Shown here one piece after another: positions 22,322-30,463 of a stretch of DNA of 32,000 nucleotides (position 1 is its first letter; every line of letters starts with the position of its first letter). The notes beneath the pieces were generated by a model. That model worked only from the letters and a program-made list of their open reading frames with translations. It searched no databases and was not told the DNA's origin. The translations under genes and the position numbers were made by a program. The stretch covers positions 7,876 through 39,875 of the forward strand of contig NZ_PQWO01000031.1 in the NCBI RefSeq assembly GCF_003231495.1, given 5' to 3'. The stretch comes from Acaryochloris thomasi RCC1774 (GTDB taxonomy: Bacteria > Cyanobacteriota > Cyanobacteriia > Thermosynechococcales > Thermosynechococcaceae).

Positions 22322-24478
22322 ATGAAACTCCTGATTGTTGAGTCCCCCGGCAAAATCAAGAAGCTCAAAGGCATCCTTGGCAGTGACTGGATAGTGAAGG
22401 CCAGCGTGGGTCACATCCGTGAACTGGCAAACGATGGTCAAGACTCCCTTGGCTTTGAGCTTGGACTTCATCAAATTGACTGTCGCTATATTCCCCGCAG
22501 CCCTCAAGCAAAACAGACGATCTCTGACCTACGAGCTGCGACCAAAAAAGCCAAGCAAGTCTTCCTCGCCACTGACCCCGACCGCGAAGGGGAAACAATC
22601 GCTTGGCATCTCCAAGATGCATTGCACCTCAAAAAGGCTCAACGCGTTGTCTATACCGAGATCACAGATCGGGCTGTCAAAGCGGCAGTTTCTAATCCCA
22701 GACCGCTCAATCAAGCTCTTGTCGATGCGGGCCGATGTCGGGACTGTCTGGATAAATTAGTCGGCTATCGTGGCTCACCCCTGGTATGGCGCTTGAACAA
22801 TGGCGCAAAAAGTGTGGGCCGGGTCCAATCTGCCACCCTTCATCTGATCTGCCAGCGAGAGAGAGAAATCCAGGCTTTTACACCGCTGGATTACTGGTCT
22901 GTTTTTGTTGACTATCAGGAAGGCTTTCGAGCTTTTTATCACGGATCTAGTTCACCCTCAGATCAGGCACTATCGAGTATTGATGATGCGGGTGCCTCAG
23001 TCGTCACTCCAGAATCAACCAGAGTTTTGAGTGAAGCTGAGGCAGAACGCATTGTAGATATTGCTCAGGAAGAGAGTCACACCATTGAACAAGTAGAGGG
23101 AAAGCTCAGCCCCAAGCAACCCCCAGCTCCGTTTATTACCTCTAGCCTGCAGCAGGCGGCAGGGTCACGTCAGAAACTCAGCCCAGAGCGGACGATGGAG
23201 GTGGCTCAAAAGCTCTATGAGAAGGGTCTGATAACTTACATGCGGACGGATTCAGTGCAGCTCAGTTCTGAATTTTGCCAAGCGGCCCGCAGTTGGTTGC
23301 AGGCGAATGACTCGGAGAATGTCCCGCAGAAGGTGGCAAAGCAACGGAGTAAGAAGGGTGCTCAAGAGGCCCATGAAGCGATTCGACCGACTGACCTAAC
23401 CAAAAGTTCTGCGGGCCTAAAGCAAGAGCTGCCTGAAGATGAATTCAAGCTGTACGTTCTCATTTGGATGCGGGCGATCTCGTCGCAATGTAAACCGGCT
23501 CAGATTCGGAAAACGAAGGTCTTGATCCGGTCCGGTCTAATCCAATGGCAAGCCAAAGGGCAGGTGGTGGAGTTCAAGGGCTACAGCAAGTATTGGCAAG
23601 ACATCAGTGCCGACAAGCAACTCCCTGTTCTCCAGGATGGTCAGCAGCTTCAGATTCAGCAGGTGGGTCATGAGCAAAAGCAAACGCAGCCACCGTCCCG
23701 CTTTACGGAACCGAAGCTGGTACAGATCATGGAGAAGAAGGGGATTGGTCGTCCTTCTACCTATGCACCCACAATTAAGACCCTGAAACTGCGTCAGTAT
23801 GTGGAGGTGCTGAAGAAGCAGCTGCAGCCGACGACAATGGGGCTAGAGGTAGATGAGTTTATGGGCAAGGCGCTCCCAGAATTGCTCGAAGCCAAGTTCA
23901 CGGCTCAGATGGAAGGGCAGCTTGATCTAATCTCGGAGGGGAAGCAAGACTGGCAGCAGTATCTGATCGGTTGGAATCAGAACTATCTTGAACCAGCTTT
24001 GGGTAAGGCGGTGAGTACTCTACCTGCACCAAAGCCAGGGCAATACCCGGAAAGGAAACTGCATAAGTCGCGGACAAAGTGCCCGCTTTGTAATCAGGCA
24101 TTGTCAAAGGTGCCGACCAAGAACAAGAAGGTGAAGAAGGGATTTTTCCTGAAGTGTCAGCAGGGATGTGAGGCCGAACCGGGTAAGGAGTTAGTGATGT
24201 TTTGGAATAGCCGGGATAAGGCTTGGCAGCAACCGGCAAGCTCGGGGAGCAGAGAGGGACTGAAAGCACCGAAATTAACCGAGTATGTTTGCCCAGCCTG
24301 TGACCTGAAGCTGGAGGAATACTTTTACACGAAGGAGGGACAGCAAAAGTCATTGCTGCGCTGTTCGAGTGCTGCTGCTAGGGAGAATCGAAAGCACAAA
24401 GATGTGGTTTACTTTCAATCTAAAGGGGCTTGGTGGTCCCCTAAGTTTGGGGTGCTGGGAGAGGATGCCGAGCGATGA
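22322..24478 (+). CDS. Type IA DNA topoisomerase (TopA-like, plasmid-type) with C-terminal zinc-ribbon motifs
   Basis: The Toprim N-terminus is MKLLIVESPGKIKKL...VGHIREL and ..LATDPDREGETIAWH. The active-site context is GLITYMRTDS (Tyr codon 23237-23239). C-terminal motifs are CPLCNQ...C..GC and CPACD...C. The start could also be 22289 or 22304. Confidence 0.9.
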   Translation: MKLLIVESPGKIKKLKGILGSDWIVKASVGHIRELANDGQDSLGFELGLHQIDCRYIPRSPQAKQTISDLRAATKKAKQVFLATDPDREGETIAWHLQDALHLKKAQRVVYTEITDRAVKAAVSNPRPLNQALVDAGRCRDCLDKLVGYRGSPLVWRLNNGAKSVGRVQSATLHLICQREREIQAFTPLDYWSVFVDYQEGFRAFYHGSSSPSDQALSSIDDAGASVVTPESTRVLSEAEAERIVDIAQEESHTIEQVEGKLSPKQPPAPFITSSLQQAAGSRQKLSPERTMEVAQKLYEKGLITYMRTDSVQLSSEFCQAARSWLQANDSENVPQKVAKQRSKKGAQEAHEAIRPTDLTKSSAGLKQELPEDEFKLYVLIWMRAISSQCKPAQIRKTKVLIRSGLIQWQAKGQVVEFKGYSKYWQDISADKQLPVLQDGQQLQIQQVGHEQKQTQPPSRFTEPKLVQIMEKKGIGRPSTYAPTIKTLKLRQYVEVLKKQLQPTTMGLEVDEFMGKALPELLEAKFTAQMEGQLDLISEGKQDWQQYLIGWNQNYLEPALGKAVSTLPAPKPGQYPERKLHKSRTKCPLCNQALSKVPTKNKKVKKGFFLKCQQGCEAEPGKELVMFWNSRDKAWQQPASSGSREGLKAPKLTEYVCPACDLKLEEYFYTKEGQQKSLLRCSSAAARENRKHKDVVYFQSKGAWWSPKFGVLGEDAER

Positions 24479-24588
24479 GGTGCTGGCGAACCCAGATTCA
24501 AGGTACAGATACAAAAGACGATGAGGATCAGGTTTACGGCTGATGGAGCTTGAGATGCTATCTATCCCACACTGATCTAGAGAGCACT

Positions 24589-24677
24589 GTGTCAACCTAC
24601 ACATGGCAATGGCATGGTCAAACAATCAACGTTGCCAGTAAAACCCTTGGCTCTGATCTATCGGTCCTCCTGCTGCC
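24589..24677 (+). pseudogene. 5' fragment of an alpha/beta-hydrolase-like gene truncated by IS6
   Basis: The frame reads (V)STYTWQWHGQTINVASKTLGSDLSVLLLP and runs directly into the IS6 left inverted repeat at 24678. This is the usual N-terminal pattern of alpha/beta hydrolases (W.W.G..I.Y...G...P.LLL). It is only ~30 codons, so the call is weak. Confidence 0.3.
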
Positions 24678-25517
24678 GGCATTGACAACTTAACTACTTG
24701 TCAACAAATAGAGGCACTACTTTCCGACGTTTGGTTCAGGCTGGAGATTTATGCAGCAGCATTCAGACCTGTTAGCTCACGCCAGCTTTCAAAACGCTGA
24801 CTCATTGCTTCGCTAAATTCAGGTGCTGGCAGGTGCTGGTAATTGATGTTGAAAGGGGTGAAAGTGTCCTCGGATGGGTTCAAAAGCAGATAGAAAGCGT
24901 TGAGCATGACCTGGGGATTTGAAGCGACCCATCCGCCTCTCTCGTACTCTTGTCGGTCGATGTGAGTTCTCTGCCCTGTTATTCAATCCCTTATGCTGTC
25001 TATGATCTACTCCCTTAAGAATCTTCTTCTTTGCGGCACCATAGCTCCCGAGTTTGTCGGTGATCAACACTCTAGGTGGAGCCGCTTGAGGTTTCAGAAG
25101 TTTTCGGAAAAACTTGTCGGCAGCAGCTTCATTGCGACGACTCTGCATCAAGATATCAATCACTTGGCCATGCTTATCGACCGCTCGCCACAAATAGTAT
25201 TTCTTGCCTTTTATTTTGATGACAACTTCATCAAAATGCCACTTGTCAGAAGGTTTGGGGCGACGGCGGCGAATCTGGTTAGCATAGGCTTGAGCGAATT
25301 TCCGGCACCACTTTCGGATCGCGTCGTAAGTAACCTCAATGCCCCGGTACATAATCATCTTCTGGATATCTCTGAAGCTCAGGGGGAAGGTGTAATACAG
25401 CCAGACGCAGTAGGAGATAATCTCGGCAGGGAATCGATGTCGTTTGTAGGAAATGCTCATCACCTAAGCGTGTCATAGACTTCGGTGAGGTGCCATACCA
25501 GTTAAGTTGTCAATACC
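24678..25517 (-). mobile_element. IS6-family insertion sequence (840 bp)
   Basis: Terminal inverted repeats match 17 of 18: GGCATTGACAACTTAACT (24678-24695) against the reverse complement of 25500-25517 (GGTATTGACAACTTAACT). The element holds a single transposase ORF. The flanking 8-mers differ (CTGCTGCC and AGCGGAAG), so there is no target-site duplication. Confidence 0.88.
24819..25463 (-). CDS. IS6-family transposase
   Basis: 214 aa. MSISYKRHRFPAEIISYCVWLYYTFPLSFRDIQKMIMYRGIEVTYDAIRKWCRKF....WHFDEVVIKIKGKKYYLWRAVDKHGQVIDILMQSRRN is the characteristic IS6 (IS26-like) transposase pattern. Confidence 0.92.
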   Translation of the reverse strand: MMSISYKRHRFPAEIISYCVWLYYTFPLSFRDIQKMIMYRGIEVTYDAIRKWCRKFAQAYANQIRRRRPKPSDKWHFDEVVIKIKGKKYYLWRAVDKHGQVIDILMQSRRNEAAADKFFRKLLKPQAAPPRVLITDKLGSYGAAKKKILKGVDHRQHKGLNNRAENSHRPTRVRERRMGRFKSPGHAQRFLSAFEPIRGHFHPFQHQLPAPAST

Positions 25518-25518
25518 A

Positions 25519-25584
25519 GCGGAAGTGCCAGAGCCGGAGACCGCCAGAAAGCCCAAGGGAATGCAGGTGTTGTTGCCAATATGA
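25519..25584 (+). pseudogene. 3'-terminal fragment of a second copy of the Cas4-like nuclease gene
   Basis: Immediately right of the IS6 IR the frame reads AEVPEPETARKPKGMQVLLPI*. This aligns with the C-terminus of the 20346-21134 product (EEVPEPLPVTARKPKEMQLLLPF*): 16 of 20 aligned residues are identical and the stop position is shared. Confidence 0.55.
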
Positions 25585-25652
25585 AGAGGGTAAAACCATG
25601 TGTGATGTACTTAGATAAGCGGTCACAACCTATCATCTAGGCAAAGGAACTC

Positions 25653-27110
25653 TCAGTCCTTCCAGACTTCACTGAGTAAAACATTGGTTGTTTGATGAAT
25701 ACACTGAATATGTAAAGGCATTTGTCCCATAGCATGGGTTGAGCAACTCAAGCAGGGGTCGAAGGCTCGAATACCCGCTTCTACTCGATTTAGCATCGGT
25801 TCTGGGATATCAAAACCATGAATGTAATGACGAGCGATTTGGGCAACGGTGCGATTCATAGCAAGGTTGTTTTGCCCAGTAGCAATAATCAAGTTAACGG
25901 TCCTAAGTAAACCAGTCTCGTCAACCTGATAGTGATGAAATAAAGTCCCTCGAGGAGCTTCACTAACTCCAATGCCTTCTAGCTGATTCACATCAGCATG
26001 GGCACGCAAATGAGAGTCGAATAAATCTGGATCTTCCAATTGCAGGCTGATTATCTCAATACAGGCCAAAATTTCAATTAGACGAGCATAGTGATAGAAA
26101 AAAGAAGAATTGACGGTACCATTACCTCGCTGTCGGAATTCCTCTAGTTCTTGATCAGCGAGGGGAGTGCCGATGCGATCGCAAATATTCAACCGCGCCA
26201 GGGGACCAACCCGATACATGCCACTTTCGAGATGACACATGCCAGACTGTTGATCTGGATACCCCAAGGGTCGATAGTAAGGAGATTTAAGATAAGAATC
26301 AGGCTGAACCGCTTCACCAATAAACGTCTGGAACTTTGTCGGGTCTAGATGATCAGCAATCACATTCCCGCCACTATCTACAAATCGAAGCGTTCCGCCG
26401 TAATGCTCCCAGGTGCCGTCTGCGCTCACTAGGCCCATAAACAAGCTCGGGAAATTACCAAAGATTTTAGCTTCACTAGCGTGCTCATCCAGCAAATCCT
26501 TGAAGCGGTTGAGGGTTGAAATTGCGGTCGATTGAACCTCTGGTAGCCAGCCACGGATGAGATCGCAACCTTCCTCCGTGAGCGCTTCCCGGACGCCTCC
26601 CGGCACGGCCCAAGCCGGATGTATCTTTTGTCCGCCTAGTTGTTCAATCACTTCTTGGCCGAACTGTCGCATTCGGATACCGCTGCGGGCCAGCTTGGGT
26701 TCTGCGGCCATCAGTCCAAAAACGTTGCGCTGAGCCGGATCGCTTTCCCAACCCAACAGAAGGTCAGGACTACTGAGATGGAAGAAGCTGAGGGCGTGGG
26801 ACTGAATAATTTGGCCGAGGTTCATTAACCGCCGCAGTTTCTCCGCCGCAGGCGGAATTTGGACGGCAAGGATGTTATCTCCTGCCTTAGCTGAGGCCAA
26901 CAGGTGACTCACCGGGCAAATGCCACAGATACGAGGGGTAATTCCCGGCATCTCCCAGAAAGGTCGCCCCTCACAGAATTTTTCAAATCCCCGAAACTCA
27001 GTGACGTGGAAGCGAGCATCAGTTACCTCTCCAGCGTCATCGAGATAAATAGAGATTTTGGCATGTCCTTCAATCCGCGTCACCGGGTCGATGATAATTC
27101 TCTTCGCCAT
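25653..27110 (-). CDS. hoxH: Bidirectional [NiFe] hydrogenase large subunit HoxH
   Basis: 485 aa. N-terminal [13 protein letters not shown] and [10 protein letters not shown] (the first Ni-binding Cys pair). C-terminal [10 protein letters not shown] followed by a cleavable extension. Confidence 0.96.
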   Translation of the reverse strand: MAKRIIIDPVTRIEGHAKISIYLDDAGEVTDARFHVTEFRGFEKFCEGRPFWEMPGITPRICGICPVSHLLASAKAGDNILAVQIPPAAEKLRRLMNLGQIIQSHALSFFHLSSPDLLLGWESDPAQRNVFGLMAAEPKLARSGIRMRQFGQEVIEQLGGQKIHPAWAVPGGVREALTEEGCDLIRGWLPEVQSTAISTLNRFKDLLDEHASEAKIFGNFPSLFMGLVSADGTWEHYGGTLRFVDSGGNVIADHLDPTKFQTFIGEAVQPDSYLKSPYYRPLGYPDQQSGMCHLESGMYRVGPLARLNICDRIGTPLADQELEEFRQRGNGTVNSSFFYHYARLIEILACIEIISLQLEDPDLFDSHLRAHADVNQLEGIGVSEAPRGTLFHHYQVDETGLLRTVNLIIATGQNNLAMNRTVAQIARHYIHGFDIPEPMLNRVEAGIRAFDPCLSCSTHAMGQMPLHIQCIHQTTNVLLSEVWKD

Positions 27111-27736
27111 CAGCCGCTACACCAAGTATCATACTCACGATCTTTGAAGGCTTCGGGATATTCCTCACAAAACTCTTCAAAGGCTGTTTTCTCTAGGATT
27201 TCTGCTTTCTGATAGGCAGCTTCTGCCTCTACCGCATCCACTGCATCCCAAGCCTGACGACAGGCATCGGATGCTGCTCCATTTTGCTTACAGGTTGCCC
27301 GTGCGGTAGTCAGCAAAGCCTGAAATTGTTTAGCAAGCGCGTCTTCCTGAGGATTTTCTAAAAAGTCACCCTGATTGAGAATGTCAGTGACCGAAAGAAT
27401 CCCCAACAGGTTCCATTGGATAATCGGAGCGGTATGAATACCAGCCGATGTCATTAACTTGGCCGCATACTCGACCCCTAACTCAGGATTGAGGACGAGG
27501 CAAGGCTTAGTCATAATTTCATAGACCCTGACCTGCCTCGGATTCCGACCCGTGGCCGTGACTTTGGCAACAATATCGAAGGCCGTCACAATGCCGTAGG
27601 CATCTTGCTCATGACTTTGATCCACAATTAGAGTATGAATGCCTTTGCGTCGCATTAGGTTTACGGCATCGGAGACCCTGGCGGAACCCGGAATTGTGGC
27701 AACATCAGTGGTCATAATTTCAGAAACTTTCTTCAT
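27110..27736 (-). CDS. CBS-pair protein with C-terminal CP12-like domain (CBS-CP12 fusion)
   Basis: 208 aa. Two CBS motifs ([11 protein letters not shown]...[14 protein letters not shown]; [12 protein letters not shown]...[12 protein letters not shown]). The tail [24 protein letters not shown] carries the CP12 Cys pair plus an AWD_VEE-like core, and ends with [18 protein letters not shown]. Its stop codon overlaps the hoxH start (TGATG at 27108-27112). Confidence 0.8.
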   Translation of the reverse strand: MKKVSEIMTTDVATIPGSARVSDAVNLMRRKGIHTLIVDQSHEQDAYGIVTAFDIVAKVTATGRNPRQVRVYEIMTKPCLVLNPELGVEYAAKLMTSAGIHTAPIIQWNLLGILSVTDILNQGDFLENPQEDALAKQFQALLTTARATCKQNGAASDACRQAWDAVDAVEAEAAYQKAEILEKTAFEEFCEEYPEAFKDREYDTWCSG

Positions 27737-27772
27737 AGTTTATCTTCGATAGCGTTTACAGATGGCTAGGCT

Positions 27773-29200
27773 CTATCCTTCCAATTGAGCTTGAGCTGGG
27801 GGATGACGCTGAGGCAGGTGTGATGCCCCCCATTTCCAGAGCGCTCCTAGGCCCATCAAAATAACGATAAGACTCAAGATGCCTCCCACTAGGGGAATAG
27901 CCGTGAGCAGGACCAAAAGAATGAGGCCTACCAGAAAGGACGTGTATCGGCTTGTGGCCTGAGCTGCATGGATTTGCTTGAGCAACCAGTGACCGCCCAT
28001 GTTGCTGATTACGACCGGGGCAATCAGACTGGCAAAGCTGCCAAATCCGACCAATAGGGCAAGATTCGTGAGTGCCCCCACCCCAAGAACAGGGAAGGCT
28101 AAGCCGCTGAGAGTGAAGATTAAGAGGACGAAGAGGAGAGTTGTTAGGGTTGAGATCGCAACTCCAACAACCCCCACAACCAGGCTCGTTACAATCCCCC
28201 ATCCAAAAGCTTTAATGGGTTGAGTCTGAATACTCTGGGCCAAACCCTGAGTCCAGTTCGGGAACCGCCAGAGCAGGAAACACCCGACTAGACCTACGGT
28301 GAGTAACCGTTGAAGCTGTTGAAAAATGATTGCCGTCAAACTAGGAGACGAGGGTTCCCAGTTGGGGAGGGGTTCACGGACAATCGTTCCAGCTACCTGC
28401 GCCCCATCACTGATATTGGCATCGGCTTGAGCTTTGTAGGTCAATTGCCCTTTGATTCGTGCAGAATCCGTCAACGTTAAGCCCGCCGCCACATTGGGGC
28501 TATCAATAGAGGAACGCGGTGCAAAGGGTGGTCGCCAAGGTTTCTGATCGCCCACGGCAACCGTCATATCTTGACCCACAGTACCGCTCAAGGTCAGTCC
28601 TCCGGCACCACCCACAACATGTTGATTAATGGTCCCTGCCAGTAATGTCTGACCACTGGCGAGATTGAGGCTACCGCCAATAGTACTCTGGGGCTGACTT
28701 TCGAAGCTGAAGCCTGCTGCAATCACGTCATCGGTAACCTGAGCCTTGTTTTTAAAGAGAAGCGATTGCCCAGCAATCCGAACATCATCTTTGACGATGC
28801 CGTTCACGACGACAGACTGCCCTGCAGCGATTAAATCCCCTTCGACATCTCCGTTGAGCGTAATCAGCGCTCCAGCAACAATCGCATCGCCTTTCACGAT
28901 GCCGTCAATGGTAATCGTTTCCCCAGCGAGGTAAACATCATTATCAACGGTGCCGGTCAGGGTCACGATGTCCCCAGCGGCAAACACATTCCGCTTCAAG
29001 GTTCCATCAAGAGTAATCCGGTCTCCGGTGGCGTATAAAGTGTCGGCAATGACCTCCTGCGCACCAACGATGATCTGATCACCGGTCTGAAACTGCGGCG
29101 ATCCAATGGCTGCGATTGACAGTAAGAACGGAGCAACAAACAAGGATGCTAAAAAGCACAGTATATGTTTAAGGTTTCGCCTCGGCTGCTTGATTTTCAT
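27773..29200 (-). CDS. Bactofilin-like (polymer-forming, beta-helical repeat) protein with C-terminal polytopic membrane domain
   Basis: 475 aa. GGAGGGG lies upstream of the ATG. There is an N-terminal TM/signal segment. About 200 aa of degenerate repeats follow (GD.(I/V)T(L/I)(D/N)G.V..D(V/A)...G), as in bactofilin/DUF583 proteins. The C-terminus has about 4-5 hydrophobic helices (..GWGIVTSLVVGVVGVAISTLTTLLFVLLIFTL.. etc.). Confidence 0.7.
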   Translation of the reverse strand: MKIKQPRRNLKHILCFLASLFVAPFLLSIAAIGSPQFQTGDQIIVGAQEVIADTLYATGDRITLDGTLKRNVFAAGDIVTLTGTVDNDVYLAGETITIDGIVKGDAIVAGALITLNGDVEGDLIAAGQSVVVNGIVKDDVRIAGQSLLFKNKAQVTDDVIAAGFSFESQPQSTIGGSLNLASGQTLLAGTINQHVVGGAGGLTLSGTVGQDMTVAVGDQKPWRPPFAPRSSIDSPNVAAGLTLTDSARIKGQLTYKAQADANISDGAQVAGTIVREPLPNWEPSSPSLTAIIFQQLQRLLTVGLVGCFLLWRFPNWTQGLAQSIQTQPIKAFGWGIVTSLVVGVVGVAISTLTTLLFVLLIFTLSGLAFPVLGVGALTNLALLVGFGSFASLIAPVVISNMGGHWLLKQIHAAQATSRYTSFLVGLILLVLLTAIPLVGGILSLIVILMGLGALWKWGASHLPQRHPPAQAQLEG

Positions 29201-29302
29201 TGGTTATACCCCTCCTGACTATGATCAAGCGGTACGACAATCTGTCTACATAATCTTGAGGTCATCCCGAAAGATGCTCTCTATTCACCGTCCCTCCAAA
29301 AA

Positions 29303-29860
29303 CTAAGAAGAGTGAGATAGATTCCTTAACTTGTCTGTTTGAGCTTCGTATTCTTCGACGACATCCCAGACAACAGCGCATTCCTTAGAAATTTGGGTTT
29401 GCGAGTCCCCACAGATAATCCGAGCGTGTTGCAAAGCCTCATCAATTTGTTGTGAGAGCTGGTCGTCCTGGCGTTGCTGAGCGATATCAGTCTTAATCAC
29501 CAAATCAGTGACAGAAATGATTCCGAGCAACCTCTCTTCTTGAATTACTGGGGCGCGTTGAATCCCTGTTGCCGCAAAGAGCTGAGCGACTTCTTCAAGG
29601 GTGAGATCGGGGTGAGCGGTGATGCAGGGTTCACGGACAAGTTCTCCAATGCCAACTTGGCTGGGATCTTTGCCCAGGGCCATGACTCGATAGACAATAT
29701 CACGCTCGGTTACCATGCCGTAGGCTTTTGACCGATCTGAACGTTCAACAATCAACGAACGAACCTTATGATGCTGCATAAGGGCAATCGCCTGGGCCGC
29801 CGTTGCAGCATCCCAGATCACAATTACATTTTGGGTCATGATGTCTCTTGCTTTTAGCAT
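29303..29860 (-). CDS. CBS-pair protein with short CP12-like C-terminal motif (second CBS-CP12 paralogue)
   Basis: ATG at 29860 is preceded by GAGGAGA; the ORF track extends to a TTG at 29875. Two CBS motifs (DIMTQNVIVI...MQHHKVRSLIV; ELVREPCITAHP...ATGIQRAPVI). The tail is CGDSQTQISKEC-AVVWDVVEEYEAQ, a Cys pair plus the AWD_VEE-like core. There is no second Cys pair. Confidence 0.75.
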   Translation of the reverse strand: MLKARDIMTQNVIVIWDAATAAQAIALMQHHKVRSLIVERSDRSKAYGMVTERDIVYRVMALGKDPSQVGIGELVREPCITAHPDLTLEEVAQLFAATGIQRAPVIQEERLLGIISVTDLVIKTDIAQQRQDDQLSQQIDEALQHARIICGDSQTQISKECAVVWDVVEEYEAQTDKLRNLSHSS

Positions 29861-29914
29861 GGTTGTTCTCCTCAAAAATTAACTGCAGTCAATTGAAAGC
29901 GGTTGTGACCCGAC

Positions 29915-30463
29915 CTAACCGAATTTGATCTGTTCACGTCCCTCCAGGTCTGGAATCTCCCCTCGGAGCAGTGCTTCTAATGCAAACCGAATCCGAGGGG
30001 CGGGTGGCGGACAACCCGGCAAATAGAGATCGACAGGGACAACGGTATGCAACGGGCGCACTTGATCAAGCAGGGGAGGCACAATGTCAGAGTCCATCGG
30101 GATTGGCGGGTACAGATCTGCGACATCAAAGTAAGAGCGCTGCAGGACAGGCTCTGCTGTCCCCAGAACGTTCCGCAAGGCCGTGACATTGCCCGTAACC
30201 GCGCAGTCGCCGAAGGAGATCAGATATTGAGTGCGATCGCGCACCAACCGAATCATCTCCAGATTGTCTTCATTCGCCACCGCCCCCTCGACTAAAGCAA
30301 TATCAACTCCCTCGGGATACTGTTTAGCATCCATAAACGGACTGAATACTAGGTCAACTTGCTGAGCCAGATCAAACAGCCACTCATCCAAGTCCAAAAA
30401 GGACATGTGGCAACCGGAGCATCCTCCGAGCCATACGGTCGCTAACGTTGGTTTTGCCATCAT
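29915..30463 (-). CDS. hoxY: Bidirectional [NiFe] hydrogenase small subunit HoxY
   Basis: MMAKPTLATVWLGGCSGCHMSFLDLDEWL.. and ..LPGCPP are typical of HoxY. The ATG at 30463 overlaps the hoxU stop (ATGA). The ORF track start at 30478 is an upstream alternative. Confidence 0.95.
   Translation of the reverse strand: MMAKPTLATVWLGGCSGCHMSFLDLDEWLFDLAQQVDLVFSPFMDAKQYPEGVDIALVEGAVANEDNLEMIRLVRDRTQYLISFGDCAVTGNVTALRNVLGTAEPVLQRSYFDVADLYPPIPMDSDIVPPLLDQVRPLHTVVPVDLYLPGCPPPAPRIRFALEALLRGEIPDLEGREQIKFG

Noticed and set aside
27756-28202. 148-aa minus-strand ORF in another frame of the bactofilin-like gene, and the plus-strand ORFs 27999-28223 and 28746-28934
   Set aside because: They are nested within the 475-aa ORF, whose repeat and TM architecture is coherent. 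The alternative frames are Pro/Ser/Gly/Cys-rich with no start signals.
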